Of a stretch of DNA of 49,791 bases, positions 18,804-30,915 are shown in pieces. The notes beneath the pieces are model-generated. The model saw nothing but the letters and a program-made list of their open reading frames with translations, ran no database searches and was not told the origin of the DNA. The DNA is from an uncultured Nitrososphaeraceae archaeon (GTDB lineage Archaea > Thermoproteota > Nitrososphaeria > Nitrososphaerales > Nitrososphaeraceae). The DNA is taken from contig CAWIMJ010000043.1 of NCBI GenBank assembly GCA_963837175.1, positions 1-49,791 on the forward strand, given 5' to 3'. The position numbers and the translations under genes were made by a program. How positions within the stretch are numbered: position 1 is the first letter of the stretch; every line of letters begins with the position of its first letter.

Positions 18804-20027
18804 ATGAGCGATGACTTTCTTGATAATATCTTTGAAAAGGCTGCTACGGGAAAAACCTTAATGAAAAACCGCCGAACTTTAACAATAGATTATGTTCCTG
18901 AAAAGCTTCCATTTAGAGACGAAGAAACTAAAATAGTCGCACAGGCGCTATCTGTAGTTCTCAAAGGCGCGAGACCATCAAATCTGTTACTTTTTGGTAA
19001 ACCAGGTACTGGGAAAACTGCAGTAGTTAGAAAAGTAATTGAACATCTGGACAAAAAAGCCAAAGAGTTGGAATTGGAAGTTATAGTGCCATTTATAAAT
19101 ACAAAATCTGCAAATACTGCATACAAAGTACTTTATGAAATAGCGGAGTATATGGGAATTAACAAAGAGGAAAAGAAATTACAAGTGCATTTCACAGGAC
19201 TATCAATGGGTGAAGCAACAGATAGAATTCTTGATTTTATTGGAAAGAAAAAACTGAATGTTGTTATTATATTCGACGAAATTGATTCACTAGTAGATAA
19301 AAATGGTGATGATATTTTGTATAATTTTACAAGGGCAAATGAAAGGATCCCCAAAGGAGGATTTATTAGTTTAATTGGAATATCTAACAGCCTCACATTC
19401 AAAGATAAGCTTGATCCTCGTGTCAGAAGTAGTTTGAGTGAGGAGGAGATGGTATTTAATCCATATAAAGTAGAACAATTACAGAAGATTCTGATAGATA
19501 GATCTAGATTAGCATTCAATGATGATGCTGTTTCCAATGCAGCAATAAATCTGTGTGCAGCAATGGCTGGAAAGGAAAATGGTGATGCAAGAAAAGCAAT
19601 TGATCTCTTAAGGGTTTCCGCCGAAATTGCTGAAAGAGAAAAAGCAGATAAGGTAGAAGAAAAGCATATTAGATTAGCCCATGAAAAAATAGAAAAAGAT
19701 ACTAATTATGAGATATTAAAAAATTCTACTACCCATACTAAGATAATAATAATGGCAATAATGAAATCAAAAATTGGCAATACTGGTGAAGTATATGAAA
19801 TTTACTCATCATTATGTAGACATACAGAGCAAGAACCACTTACACAACGCCGTATAACTCAAATAATAAGTGAGCTCGATCAACTCGGTCTTGTAATGAG
19901 TAATATCATGAGCCAAGGTCGATATGGTAGATCGCAGAGAATCAAAATTACTGTCCCAGTTTTGACTATTAAAGAAGCATTGAAAGACGATCCAATTCTT
20001 TCTGCATTATTAATGGCTAATGATTGA
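18804..20027 (+). CDS. cdc6: Orc1/Cdc6 replication initiator
   Basis: Walker A GKPGTGKT, Walker B IIFDEID, LDPRVRSSL, GDARKAIDLLR, C-terminal wHTH with SQGRYGR; ATG at 18804 preferred over GTG at 18792. Confidence 0.98.
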   Translation: MSDDFLDNIFEKAATGKTLMKNRRTLTIDYVPEKLPFRDEETKIVAQALSVVLKGARPSNLLLFGKPGTGKTAVVRKVIEHLDKKAKELELEVIVPFINTKSANTAYKVLYEIAEYMGINKEEKKLQVHFTGLSMGEATDRILDFIGKKKLNVVIIFDEIDSLVDKNGDDILYNFTRANERIPKGGFISLIGISNSLTFKDKLDPRVRSSLSEEEMVFNPYKVEQLQKILIDRSRLAFNDDAVSNAAINLCAAMAGKENGDARKAIDLLRVSAEIAEREKADKVEEKHIRLAHEKIEKDTNYEILKNSTTHTKIIIMAIMKSKIGNTGEVYEIYSSLCRHTEQEPLTQRRITQIISELDQLGLVMSNIMSQGRYGRSQRIKITVPVLTIKEALKDDPILSALLMAND

Positions 20028-21603
20028 AGTCTATTTGAAATGGCTGTAGAGTAGCCAGATTGATAAGAATTGCAAATCCCGGCGTTGGTACAATGCCCAT
20101 CGTCTGTTGAAATTTAGTTTGCGCCTGCCATGCACCTGAATTGACAATCAGGGTTCCCCGATAATTTTTAACATCTATAACATGAACGTGTCCTGAATGA
20201 AACACATCAGGAACATCTGCAATCACCATCATATCTTCTTTTTCAGGTGCTATAGGAGTACGTTGTCCATATATCGGTGATAAATGGCGAGCCTTCAGTA
20301 ATACTTTCATTGCTTCTGCCGGCTTTGAATAACTTAGACCAGGTGTTGTAGCAATAATATCATCTAAACTCTGTCCGTGATACATCAATATCTTTACACC
20401 ATTTAATTCCAAAAAAGCGGGATTTCCAAGCATTGTAAAATTCTCAAAGGTATATAATCTATCCGCATCTTTTCTCGGCAGTGAAGGCTGCGGTAGAGAC
20501 CTTCGACCGGGGTCATGGTTGCCAGGAATTATAAAAACTTTAATATGTTTTGGAATTTTAGCAAGCAAATCTATAGCATGTGTCATTTGCTTGCTTGTAT
20601 TGAGTTCAAGTAATTCTTTATCCTGATTAGGAAATATTCCGATACCATCAATTAAATCTCCACCAACACATAAGAATCTGATTTTGCGTACAAGCTCGTC
20701 TTCAGTTGATGAAAGCCAGCTTAAAAATCTGATAAATTCTGTTTCCATAAAATATTTACTACCCACATGTAGATCGGAAATTAAAACCGCATAATATTCT
20801 GTTTTAGACCTATTAGGAAGATGATCAGGAATATCTGGAGAAGCCAGATTCTTTATAGTGAAACCCTGGATCGATTTATTATTATTATTATCAATTTCTA
20901 GCATGACCATCTGATCAAGAGTAAGCGTCATCGCAAGTTTCTTTATTTCTTCAGTAACGGCAAGTGCGCTCATTGTTCCACTGTAATCATCAATTATTAG
21001 TTCTAATCCATTCTTCTTTGAACGCTTTGACATCAGCAAACCGGCTACAACAGAAGAAGAATTCTTATCGAAATTGATATTTCCTCTCCGCGTGCTGTAT
21101 GATTTTCTTATATTTGCATTATTTGTATTCTGTTTCACAGAGGCAACTTTTGTAATTCTTTTACTTTCTGGTCGTAATGCCAAGATGCGATAAGATTTTT
21201 CAAAGCGACTACGAAAGAGTGCAACATAACCTTCAACTCCTTCTCCAGTGTTAATATTAGGAGTTGGATCTGAGATTATTTTATAGGAATTCTGCTCAAG
21301 AGAAGAAGAATGTTCTACAATCGGAGCTGTTGATAGGCTATTAATATCAGTATTATCAATTTTACCAATCTTCTCAAAATGAGTAACAGCTACTTTATCT
21401 TCTGGATTAATATGATTCTTAACATCGTCTACCATAATAAGAGAATTTTCATTTTGTTTGATTTTTATTTTGATGATGTCTTGTACTATCTTTACAACAT
21501 TATTCTCAAGGCCTTTAAGCATCGCAAAAGCATCAGGATGTACCTGATAGCCCTTGCTAGTAGCATACGATATTGCGTTAGAAATTTCTCTTTGTAAGGC
21601 CAA
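20017..21603 (-). CDS. polB: DNA polymerase D (Pol II) small subunit DP1, 3'-5' exonuclease
   Basis: OB fold plus calcineurin-like motifs ISDLHVGS, GDLIDG, PGNHD, YHG, RHLSP, HSGHVH; convergent with cdc6 and overlapping by 11 nt. Confidence 0.97.
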   Translation of the reverse strand: MALQREISNAISYATSKGYQVHPDAFAMLKGLENNVVKIVQDIIKIKIKQNENSLIMVDDVKNHINPEDKVAVTHFEKIGKIDNTDINSLSTAPIVEHSSSLEQNSYKIISDPTPNINTGEGVEGYVALFRSRFEKSYRILALRPESKRITKVASVKQNTNNANIRKSYSTRRGNINFDKNSSSVVAGLLMSKRSKKNGLELIIDDYSGTMSALAVTEEIKKLAMTLTLDQMVMLEIDNNNNKSIQGFTIKNLASPDIPDHLPNRSKTEYYAVLISDLHVGSKYFMETEFIRFLSWLSSTEDELVRKIRFLCVGGDLIDGIGIFPNQDKELLELNTSKQMTHAIDLLAKIPKHIKVFIIPGNHDPGRRSLPQPSLPRKDADRLYTFENFTMLGNPAFLELNGVKILMYHGQSLDDIIATTPGLSYSKPAEAMKVLLKARHLSPIYGQRTPIAPEKEDMMVIADVPDVFHSGHVHVIDVKNYRGTLIVNSGAWQAQTKFQQTMGIVPTPGFAILINLATLQPFQIDFNH

Positions 21604-21695
21604 GATGCTGGGCTGATTTTACTTTGGATAACATATTTAATTATATTTCTATAATTGACAAAACTAATTATAGAATAAAATGCCATAGCTGCACA

Positions 21696-22243
21696 TTGCG
21701 TTTTAACTTTAAACGGCGCCTTATATATTTGGCATTTGGTGCGATTACTTTTTTGCTTGCCTATTATAGTGGAGTGCAGTTAATATAAATAAGGAGGAAG
21801 CAAAAGATGTAAAAGGGGAATTTATAAAAAAAATCGATGGTATTGATCAAAATGGAATTTTCATCAATAACCTTATGATTGCACTCGGTATGTTTATTCC
21901 CGTAGTTGGGATAGGATTAGGAATATTTTCTGGTTTTTCTACAGGATTAGTATTCAATGCACTGGCAGAAACCTCTCCTTATCTTCAGAATATTCCTCCA
22001 TTAGCAATTCTATTGACACCTTATGGAATTATGGAAGTTTTTGCTTATGGTTTGGCAATATCTAGAAGTGGTATGCTTGTCCACCATCTGGTGAGGAAAA
22101 AACCCTGGAGAGAATATGCTATCTCTACTATTATTGAGATTGGAATTATTGTATTGGTTCTAATATCTGGTGCTGTAATAGAATGGCAAATGATAATGCA
22201 GCTCGGTCACCCTGATATTACTACTACTATGGCTAAAATATAA
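21696..22243 (+). CDS. Stage II sporulation protein M (SpoIIM/DUF95)-family membrane protein; 1-nt deletion near 21774
   Basis: GIFINNLMIALGMFIP...G...STG...PYGIMEVFAY...AVIEW; the 5' frame LRFNFKRRLIYLAFG joins after restoring one base. Confidence 0.8.
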
Positions 22244-22355
22244 TTTTTTAATAAATTATATATTTAGAACATTATTCTCATTTTCATTACTTACAGTTAT
22301 AATAATTATAATGTTATAAAGTAATAGTTTAATAATTCGAAAATCTATCTATATA

Positions 22356-22721
22356 TTGATTATGTCTGAAATGTTGAAGGATGACTCTCTTGGACTGGTC
22401 TTACGAGGATATGATTTAGTACCCAATGCCTCACTTGCAACGAAAATTGCTGTCTACACGCCTGAGGTTGTACATACAATTTTGACTCAACATCCTGAAA
22501 TAATTGATAAATGGTTACAAAAATTGCATAGAGAGTACATAAACAATAAAAAGATCTGCGATTTTGAAAACGATCCCACTGCATGCTTTAATCTAGGTAT
22601 GTACGAAGAATTTGAAAAAAATCTTAAAAGTTGGGAGGAAGGAGGAATAATAAAAATAATGTTACCTGTAAAGAAAGCAATCCGTATCAGCAAGAGTCCC
22701 ATATTCTCACTTGCAAAGTAG
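22356..22721 (+). CDS. Hypothetical protein
   Basis: 121-aa ORF with natural composition; no family recognised. Confidence 0.55.
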   Translation: MIMSEMLKDDSLGLVLRGYDLVPNASLATKIAVYTPEVVHTILTQHPEIIDKWLQKLHREYINNKKICDFENDPTACFNLGMYEEFEKNLKSWEEGGIIKIMLPVKKAIRISKSPIFSLAK

Positions 22722-23011
22722 CATAATTCTATCATTATAATCCTGATTATATATTTAATCTGTCCTAGAAGTCCTAATGTAATCTGATACATAAGAAATA
22801 TGAAGAGAATATGCTGGAACTTGAGGAAGAGGAAAAGCGTAAAAAGTTCATGGAACATCAAATGAATTATTTGGAGAAGGTGATAGAAAATGGCGAGCCT
22901 CCTGGAGTTGCCTAATTGTATATATCTATATATACCAAGGTATATATATTTTAATATTAGATCATCCATTTATCTATGATTCCTATTATAATGCGATAAT
23001 GCAAGTACTCC

Positions 23012-23735
23012 TTAATCAACCTGCAAATACGTTTGACGTTTCACTTGATCAATTACCACAACGGAAAGATCGCTGAATTCCCTTCCTTCCAAATCGATGA
23101 CTTTGCCTTTGAAGACATTTTCTTTATCATCCCTGGTGAGATATTCAAATACCCACACTGTAAGATTTGAAATTTCAATTCCATTTTTCTTTAAAAATAA
23201 GGCAATATCCGATTGCATAAATTTCTTTGAGGGATTATTTGGCCAAGGTCGTGGCAATAATATTACACTTTTTCCATCTAATATAGCCTTGACTAATTCC
23301 GATTTTTTTTGTTCAATATCGCCAGTTACATGAAAAGTAACTATGTGTGCCTTATCAATGGGTACTCGCGATTTTGCTGAGGCTACCTGAATTGAGCTAA
23401 TACCAGGGATAATTTCGACGTTATCATCACCAAAAATTTCAAATAGTCTATCGACTACTTCTGATTCTGAAAAATTGACGTCACCTGTAAATGGTATTGT
23501 GCAGTAATCGCCTTTCTTCATTCTATTATATATCTGCTGGTAGACATTTTCTTGATTCTTCATGGTAACTATATGAACCTCCTGTCTGCTTCTATCGATT
23601 ATGCTTTCAATAGTAGTTAAAGTATAATTATATGCTATAATATAGCGTGATTTACGAATGGCATCTTTAGCTATATCAGTCAAATATTTTGGAGAGCCTG
23701 GACCAACACCAATAACAAATAGTCTTCTTTGGCAT
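23012..23735 (-). CDS. cbiE: Cobalt-precorrin-7/precorrin-6Y C5-methyltransferase; 1-nt insertion near 23729
   Basis: Restored N-terminus MPRRLFVIGVGPGSPKYLT; FTGDVNFS, IIPGISSIQVA, VTFH, VFEYLT, FSDLSVVVI. Confidence 0.85.
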
Positions 23736-24083
23736 TATGTTTACAGATTATAAGTAATGAAGCAGCCTTTAAAACCTTAGATAATTAGTTGTTTGCGATA
23801 TGTCTTTATATATACAGGAGCTTTGGCTATTCAGCATATATGTTATAATCCCTTCAGAATGGGTTATTCCACAAATAAGAGTCAGATTCCATTTTGCCAT
23901 AGACGATTCATTTGTTCAAATCAGCGCCAACTCGAATAAATATTCCAAAATTAACTAAATAGAAAATAAAAAATCGTCTACTGTTATACCCTTATTACCA
24001 ACATATTGGGACAAAATCGTCTTACCAATTTACACAATAATTTTGACAATGTTGCCATTATATCTATCTACCACACCGTTTAC

Positions 24084-24923
24084 ATGAGCGAACTAAAGCT
24101 CGAATTTGTCGGCAAACAAGTCAAGGATATGTATGGTACTTTTATAGGAAAAGTAATAGGAATAGTAACAGATATCGATGGTTCAATTGAATCTGTTGGT
24201 GTGGATTGCGGTTCTACTGGTTTAAAACAGTTAGCATATGAACAACTGCTAGTTCAAGGAGAATATGTAATCTACATTCCAAGATGGCGATTGGATGCAC
24301 AAAAACTACTGCGACAGAAAAGTCTTACTCTAATGAGGATAAAAGCACTTAAGGATATAGTTTCAGAAAACGATTCGATGAAAGATGACGCTGAATTAGT
24401 TTACATAAAATATGAAAAACGACTGAATGATCTTGAAAAGGATGAAAAATATGTTCATGAGAAATTGCACGAAAGGTTGAACGAATTGGATAAAGAAAGC
24501 AAAGACATCAAAGCAGTATTGTTTGATGCAAAGCTACAACATAGAAGCAATGAGATAACAGAGGATATTTATCAACAAATCAACATACATACAAATGAAT
24601 TGATGGAACACATTAACCTCGAAAAATCCGAAATTAATAATGTTAAGACAAGACTTACACAGCAAACCTTGGAAAATACTGCCATAACAATTGCATCTGA
24701 TACTGAATCATCTACTATTACCACCAGCCAGGAAATGCCTGCTGCTACTGAATCAGCTTTACAACAACAACAAGAAGAAGGATCTATCGCTAAACAAAGT
24801 GTTGCTCTACCACAAAGAGTAGGCAAGAATGTCACAAATACTGAAGAAAAGTCAATTGAAACGCACGATGATCTAAATAAGGAAACAGAAACAAGTTGGC
24901 TAAATCAGGTGATTCCTAAATAA
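24084..24923 (+). CDS. cdvA: Cell division protein CdvA
   Basis: PRC-barrel N-terminus FVGKQVKDMYGTFIGKVIG, YIPRWR, long coiled coil, disordered tail. Confidence 0.88.
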   Translation: MSELKLEFVGKQVKDMYGTFIGKVIGIVTDIDGSIESVGVDCGSTGLKQLAYEQLLVQGEYVIYIPRWRLDAQKLLRQKSLTLMRIKALKDIVSENDSMKDDAELVYIKYEKRLNDLEKDEKYVHEKLHERLNELDKESKDIKAVLFDAKLQHRSNEITEDIYQQINIHTNELMEHINLEKSEINNVKTRLTQQTLENTAITIASDTESSTITTSQEMPAATESALQQQQEEGSIAKQSVALPQRVGKNVTNTEEKSIETHDDLNKETETSWLNQVIPK

Positions 24924-24983
24924 ATAATAATAAAATAAAAAGAATTAGGCTTCTTTTAGAGAAACATTAAGAAAAATGACTTA

Positions 24984-25247
24984 TCATTTTTCTTGTCTTG
25001 GTGATGTCTGTAGAAGTTCGCCTATTTCGTTGTGCATTTTTAGAAAGTTTAATCCTTTTTCTGTGGTCTTGTAAGTCTGAGAACCTTCCAAGTACTCTAA
25101 CAAATTGTTTTCAATGAGCACGGAAAGATATTCCCTTAACTGTGCATAGCTGAGGAATGCTTTGTACATAATTTTTGTCTTTGTTGCTCCACCATTAGCT
25201 GCTTCTAAGATCATTGCTACTATTTCTGTTCTGCTTCTGTATTTCAC
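24984..25247 (-). CDS. Winged-helix regulator (DUF4364/HTH_45-like)
   Basis: MKYRSRTEIVAMILEAANGGATKTKIMYKAFLSYAQLREYL...YKTTEKG. Confidence 0.9.
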   Translation of the reverse strand: MKYRSRTEIVAMILEAANGGATKTKIMYKAFLSYAQLREYLSVLIENNLLEYLEGSQTYKTTEKGLNFLKMHNEIGELLQTSPRQEK

Positions 25248-25505
25248 AACTAGAATACACTGAAATTCTTTATATTAATATATTGACACATTATATCAGA
25301 ATCATGTTATAGAATTTTTATATATGTTTTCATTATCCTGGTACTTCAGTACGATAATAAAAAGATCTGTAGATACTTATAATTAAAGTTAATGCTATGA
25401 TTCAATAGTAGTGCATTTAATATGAATATTTTCAGCGTTATATTGCTAAATGACTAAAAATAGATGACAATGCTTTAAAATTATTATTACTCCATTATAT
25501 AAGAG

Positions 25506-27475
25506 ATGTCCGATCCGGAATTCGATAAGTTATCAAAAATATATGAAGAAAGCGAAAAAATCAAAGTAAACTTGGAAGGGAAAAAACTTTATAAAATAAG
25601 AAAGCAAGCATCGGAAAGTTCAGAAGAATTTTGGGCAGAGCAAGCAAAATATCTGAATTGGTTCAAAGAATGGGATAAAGTACTCGATTGGAATCCTCCA
25701 TTTGCAAAATGGTTTATTGGTGGCAAGCTAAATGCGTCTGTCAATTGTCTCGATAGACATATTGATTCTGATGCAAAAAACAAGGTAGCCATAATCTGGG
25801 AAGGTGAAAATGGCGAAACCAATTCATTTACCTACTATCAATTATACCGTTCTGTTAATAAATTCGCTAGCGTTCTGAAAAATCTTGGTGTGAAAAAAGG
25901 TGATCCGATCACAATTTATCTACCTATGATTCCTCAGCTTCCGATTGCAATGCTAGCAAGTTCGAGAGTTGGCGCAATTCATACTGTTGTTTTCTCTGGA
26001 TTTAGCTCTAAATCATTAGCTGATAGGGTAAATGACTCGAAATCAAAAGTTATAATAACTGCTGATGGTAGCTGACAGAAGAGGAAAGCTTGTCCCTCTG
26101 AAAAGAGTTGTAGATGATGCTATTTCTTCTATCCCTTCAGCAGAACATGTTATTGTAGTGAAGAGAGCATCAAATGATATTCAGATGGGGCCAAAAGATT
26201 TATGGTGGCATGACCTAATTGAAAATGCGCCATCATATTGTGAGCCAGAAATTCTAGACAGTATGCATCCTTTGTATATTCTATATACTTCCGGAACAAC
26301 AGGAAAGCCAAAAGGAGTACTGCATAGTACCTGGCGGCTATCTTACATATTTGTATGCAACAGCTAAATGGGTTTTCGATTTTAGAAAGGAAGACATTTT
26401 CTTTTGTACTGCAGATATAGGATGGGTGACGGGACACAGTTACATTGTTTATGCACCACTGCTTCATGGTGTTACCGAAATAATGTATGAAGGGACTCCT
26501 GATTATCCAAAACCTGACAGATATTGGGCCATAGTGGAAAAACAGGGTGCATCCATTCTATATACCACTCCTACTGCTCTTAGAATGTATATGAAATTTG
26601 GAAATACTATTCCTAATTCATTTGATCTGTCTTCGCTTCGTCTATTGGGTACTGTAGGCGAGCCGATTAATCCGGAGGTTTGGATGTGGTATTTTAAAAC
26701 TATTGGAAAGGAAAGTTGTCCCATTGTTGATACATGGTGGCAGACTGAAACAGGTGGCATTATGATAGGTATGTGTACCGGTATCGACTCTGTTCCCATG
26801 AAACCTGGTTCAGGCACCTTTCCTGTACCTGGTATAGATGCAGCTGTCGTCGATGAAAATGGAAGACAAGTAGATCCCGACAGAAAAGGATATCTAATAA
26901 TTAGAAAGCCGTGGCCTGGAATGTTAATGACACTATGGGAAGATGACGAAAAATACCGCAAAACTTACTGGAGAAAATTTGAAAATGAAAATGTATACTA
27001 TGCTGGTGATTATGCACTTTCTGATGCTGACGGCTATCTTTGGCTTCTAGGTAGATCCGATGATGTACTTAAAGTAGCTGGACATAGGCTTGGTACAATG
27101 GAGTTAGAAAGCGCATTTGTATCATACAAAGCGATTGCGGAAGCTGCAGTAACAAGTAGGCCAGATCAGAAAAAAGGAGAATCAATAATTGCGTTTTTGG
27201 TGCTGAGGACAGAATTTTTACCATCTGATCAACTGCGTGTTGAGCTTATTGATCACATTCGAAATTCAGTGGGACCAATTGCAACACCTGAAGAGATTTA
27301 TTTTGTTAATAAACTTCCCAAAACTCGAAGTGGAAAAATAATGCGGAGATTGCTTAAATCGATAGCTAGTGGAGCAGTAGTAGCAACTGGGGATGCTACC
27401 ACACTTGAAGATGAGGCATCGTTAGAAGAAATAAGGCAAGCCTATAACGATTTACATAAAGTAGTTGACCTCTAA
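25506..27475 (+). CDS. acs: Acetyl-CoA synthetase (AMP-forming); two 1-nt insertions (about 26074 and 26331)
   Basis: [69 protein letters not shown], spread over three consecutive ORFs. Confidence 0.93.
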
Positions 27476-27692
27476 TTAGTATTAAAAGTTGCGATAAGGG
27501 CTAATTTGATCACTTTAAGGTAAAGTATATATTTTTTATACTAATTTATTGATTAGAAAGTATAATATTCTGTTTATCATTGTACGAATATTCTCTTTTA
27601 ATTATAAATAGTTTAACTTATTTCCTATAATAAATAGATCTCCCTATATATTGCTCTATATATATCTAGCAATACCAATTATTAATGCTAAT

Positions 27693-28184
27693 TTAAATTG
27701 AAATTATTGTCATTAGTGACTTTTCTGTAATTTTATGCTTCTCTATGAATCCTGATGCTGCAGCAATAACATATTTAGCAGGTTTTGTATTTTTATAAGT
27801 ACAGCTCGCTGAATCCAATGTATTTTTACAAGGAGAAGCGTCTTTCACCATGTACACTATATTGCCATTTTCATTAACCCAGATTAAATCCAGGTTGTAT
27901 TCAATATTTAAAAGCCATAAAGGGTATAAATCTGATTTTTCATAAATTAGAAGCATTGCAGAATTCAATGGTAGTTTTTCTTCTCTAAACATTAACCATC
28001 TCTGTTTATCTGCACGAGATTCTGCGATTTCCACCCTAATTACATCATCATCTATTCTTATTGTTCCTTCTGCAAAGCCTATATGCTTATTTTTAATTTC
28101 CTGTGGAATAAACACAAGACCAAGCGATCCTATAATGGCAGCTGCAATAAATACTGGTATCAGAACAGCTATCTTTCTAACCAA
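27693..28184 (-). CDS. DUF192 family protein, membrane-anchored
   Basis: VEIAES...LMFRE...MLLIY...LDLIWVNENGNIV...PC...C..Y...PAKYVI. Confidence 0.88.
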   Translation of the reverse strand: MVRKIAVLIPVFIAAAIIGSLGLVFIPQEIKNKHIGFAEGTIRIDDDVIRVEIAESRADKQRWLMFREEKLPLNSAMLLIYEKSDLYPLWLLNIEYNLDLIWVNENGNIVYMVKDASPCKNTLDSASCTYKNTKPAKYVIAAASGFIEKHKITEKSLMTIISI

Positions 28185-28348
28185 AGTAGGTCATTAATAC
28201 AGCTTGCAAAAAGAATTTGAAGTTTACTTTTATGATAAGTAGATGACACTTTTTAAGTAATATATAAATATGATAATAAGAGAGAGACACCTATTATCAA
28301 TTAGAAATACGGTAACTTTCTCCATTTTCTTATTTTCTATTTATCTAT

Positions 28349-29341
28349 CTATCTTTTTAGGTATAAATAATTGCTATTTTCATCGTATCCAAGGTCTGCC
28401 ATTGTCAATACCTTAAAGCCATTATCGTGTAAATATTTAATTTCTTTTTCAAATAGATCTGGAGTAGTAGCATAAACCACTGGATCCCCTTCTCCGCTGT
28501 TATCTATTCTGTGCCATATGAGTATTGGAATTGCATTTATTATACCATCCGTATTATAAATAGACTGGCTATTGACAACTTCAATGAATTTATTTAACAT
28601 TTCAGAATCATCATATGAATTGGCTTTCCTTTCGGCATCATGACTCCAACCTATAATAGAGTACCTATTTACAAAATTAAGTGTACCATCATCAGAATAT
28701 GTTCTACAATCAGTCTGACTTGATTCATCTTTTAACGTATTACAATGTAAATACATTAGTGGATCATTAGCAGTTCTAGCTATATCATAATATTTAGCAA
28801 CTATATCGATTACTGTTGCATCCTCAGCTCCAGTATTAATAGGATATGCAAAGCTTGTGGTATTAATTCCCTGGTCAAGAAGACATTGTTTTGATCCGCC
28901 TATTTCATATTCCATCCCCTTTTCTGACAATAAATCAAGATTTGCGTGACTCATACTATGAGATCCTATATCATATCCTTCCTTGTATAATGCTGTTATA
29001 TCTTCCCAACTCATTCTAGCATTAGGATGATCCTGTCCGTCTCCATTTCCTACATAATTGCAGATTATATAGAAAGTAGCCTTATATCCGTACTTGTCTA
29101 GAATTGGCTTGGCATTAGTGTATTGGCTCTTGTAGCCATCGTCAAAGGTTAAGATTACTGCTTTATCTTTGGCAGGATTAATATCACTACTGGGAACAGA
29201 AGGAAATGACTGGCTATAGGCTACATGTGGTACTACTGCTATTGCAATAGTACCAACACATATTAGAAATATTATCAATGCGCTAACAATAGTAAATATA
29301 AATCTAAAATTGCTTATACTTTTTAATATCACAACTTCCAA
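28349..29341 (-). CDS. Secreted polysaccharide deacetylase (CE4/NodB)
   Basis: LTFDDGY, KATFYI, IGSHSMSH, FAYP; N-terminal signal or TM segment. Confidence 0.92.
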   Translation of the reverse strand: MEVVILKSISNFRFIFTIVSALIIFLICVGTIAIAVVPHVAYSQSFPSVPSSDINPAKDKAVILTFDDGYKSQYTNAKPILDKYGYKATFYIICNYVGNGDGQDHPNARMSWEDITALYKEGYDIGSHSMSHANLDLLSEKGMEYEIGGSKQCLLDQGINTTSFAYPINTGAEDATVIDIVAKYYDIARTANDPLMYLHCNTLKDESSQTDCRTYSDDGTLNFVNRYSIIGWSHDAERKANSYDDSEMLNKFIEVVNSQSIYNTDGIINAIPILIWHRIDNSGEGDPVVYATTPDLFEKEIKYLHDNGFKVLTMADLGYDENSNYLYLKR

Positions 29342-30094
29342 AATTATAGAGTGTATATATATGTATATATATCTTTATTGTCTAAGACTGACATCTATAG
29401 ACTGCATCCTTATGTATATATGATGAGGATTATTCTCTGACATTTACCAAGTTTAATGAAAAAAGAGTACCATTCGAAAGTAATAGAATAATAAAAATGA
29501 ATGATGGATGATGAGGTGCGTATGCTGAATTTATATAATAATAATAGTAGTAGTAGTGAAGTGAATGTTATCAGCTTTACATAGTCATACCTACATACAG
29601 TACGGAAACATAAAATGTGGAAACTCAATCAGTAATATAATGTATTGAGTGACCTCAATCAGAACTGTCATAAACTTGTAAAGAATCATTTACATATATA
29701 AAAAAATTTAATTACATGACATTTTTCATTTTCTCTTCTTGATTATCAAAATGGTTAATAATATTGAAACAAATTCATTCTATATCTCCAGTTTCTTTAC
29801 TGATGTTATTATTAGATATTATTTATCTATTAGATTATTCAATAGAACATGATTACTTATTTTATTACTGACAGAAAAACAAGAAGTGTTAGTTAAAGCA
29901 AAAGTTGATAATAATAAGATAATAATTGTAGCTGTTACTACCCATGATATAACTCTAAACATGGTAAATATTGAAAAGGCCAAGAAAATGAGCATGGATT
30001 GCCTCTTGCAGCCTCTTGTTGCTATATTACTGTGTTATAAAAATGGCATAGGGTTTAAATAGTTTCAGCATGAATCGATGGTTAAGTGAATTAG

Positions 30095-30389
30095 ATGCCA
30101 GTAGCAATACTTCCGGATATTAGTGAACAACACTGCATTGGTTGTGCTCTCTGTGTAGAGATTTGCACAGCTCTTGGTCCAGATGTACCTGAGAGTGAAG
30201 CCAGTGGAAGGTTGGAAGAGAGGTAAGGCGTTTGTCTTTTACCCAGAGAGATGCATCTCCGATGGAGCATGCATTGGTGTTTGCCCAACAAAGGCAATCT
30301 TCTGGATGAGACCAATGGACTATACGCCAGGACAACCAATTCCATTAAAGAAGAATGCTGTTTTCGTAAAGGGCTGGGAAGAAGGCTAA
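30095..30389 (+). CDS. 2x[4Fe-4S] ferredoxin; 1-nt insertion near 30188
   Basis: Restored MPVAILPDISEQHCIGCALCVEICTALGPDVLRVKPVEGWKRGKAFVFYPERCISDGACIGVCPTKAI; the second cluster motif is CxxDxxCxxxCP. Confidence 0.9.
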
Positions 30390-30915
30390 AATCCCTCAAT
30401 TAAGTCCTAAAAACTCTTTTTTTAGATATTCTATATTGCTAAATTTTAGTATTCCGTTTCTTTTCGCATATTTTTTCGCTATTGAATTAAAATTCAATAA
30501 TTAATATTTATCATTTATATAAAAAGGCTAAAAAATAGCATGCAAATACTATATGGGTATAATATTGTTTAATAATATTTAAAAGGCTATGTTATTTTAT
30601 ATTTATTGGATAAAACCATTATTTCTGAAGAAAATCTTCTGCTTTACAATGATAAAGAAATAACTCTAAATTGAACGGTGCCCTCAGTATTTCGAGAAAA
30701 TATTAAATATATAGAGATAGACAAAACATCTTATTTAATATTAGAAAAGTTATCACTCTTCTGTTTCGTTAATTATCAAATAAGCAAATCGTATGCTTTT
30801 ATTGATATAAAGTAGTACTAATATTATATTATTATATACCTTATTCTTACTTTGTTCTCCTTCTTTGGAGGAATAAGAAGTTTTTAATAATAATGTAAAT
30901 ATTGTGTGAGGCATA

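Noticed and set aside
22487-22969. 160-aa minus-strand ORF
   Set aside because: I/L/F/Y-rich translation of AT-rich DNA that overlaps a more plausible plus-strand gene.
23905-23930. GTTCAAATC resembling a tRNA T-loop
   Set aside because: No flanking T-stem, acceptor stem or cloverleaf.
26065-26351. Programmed frameshifting or a split acs
   Set aside because: No slippery heptamer or stimulatory structure; same pattern as the other isolated indels.
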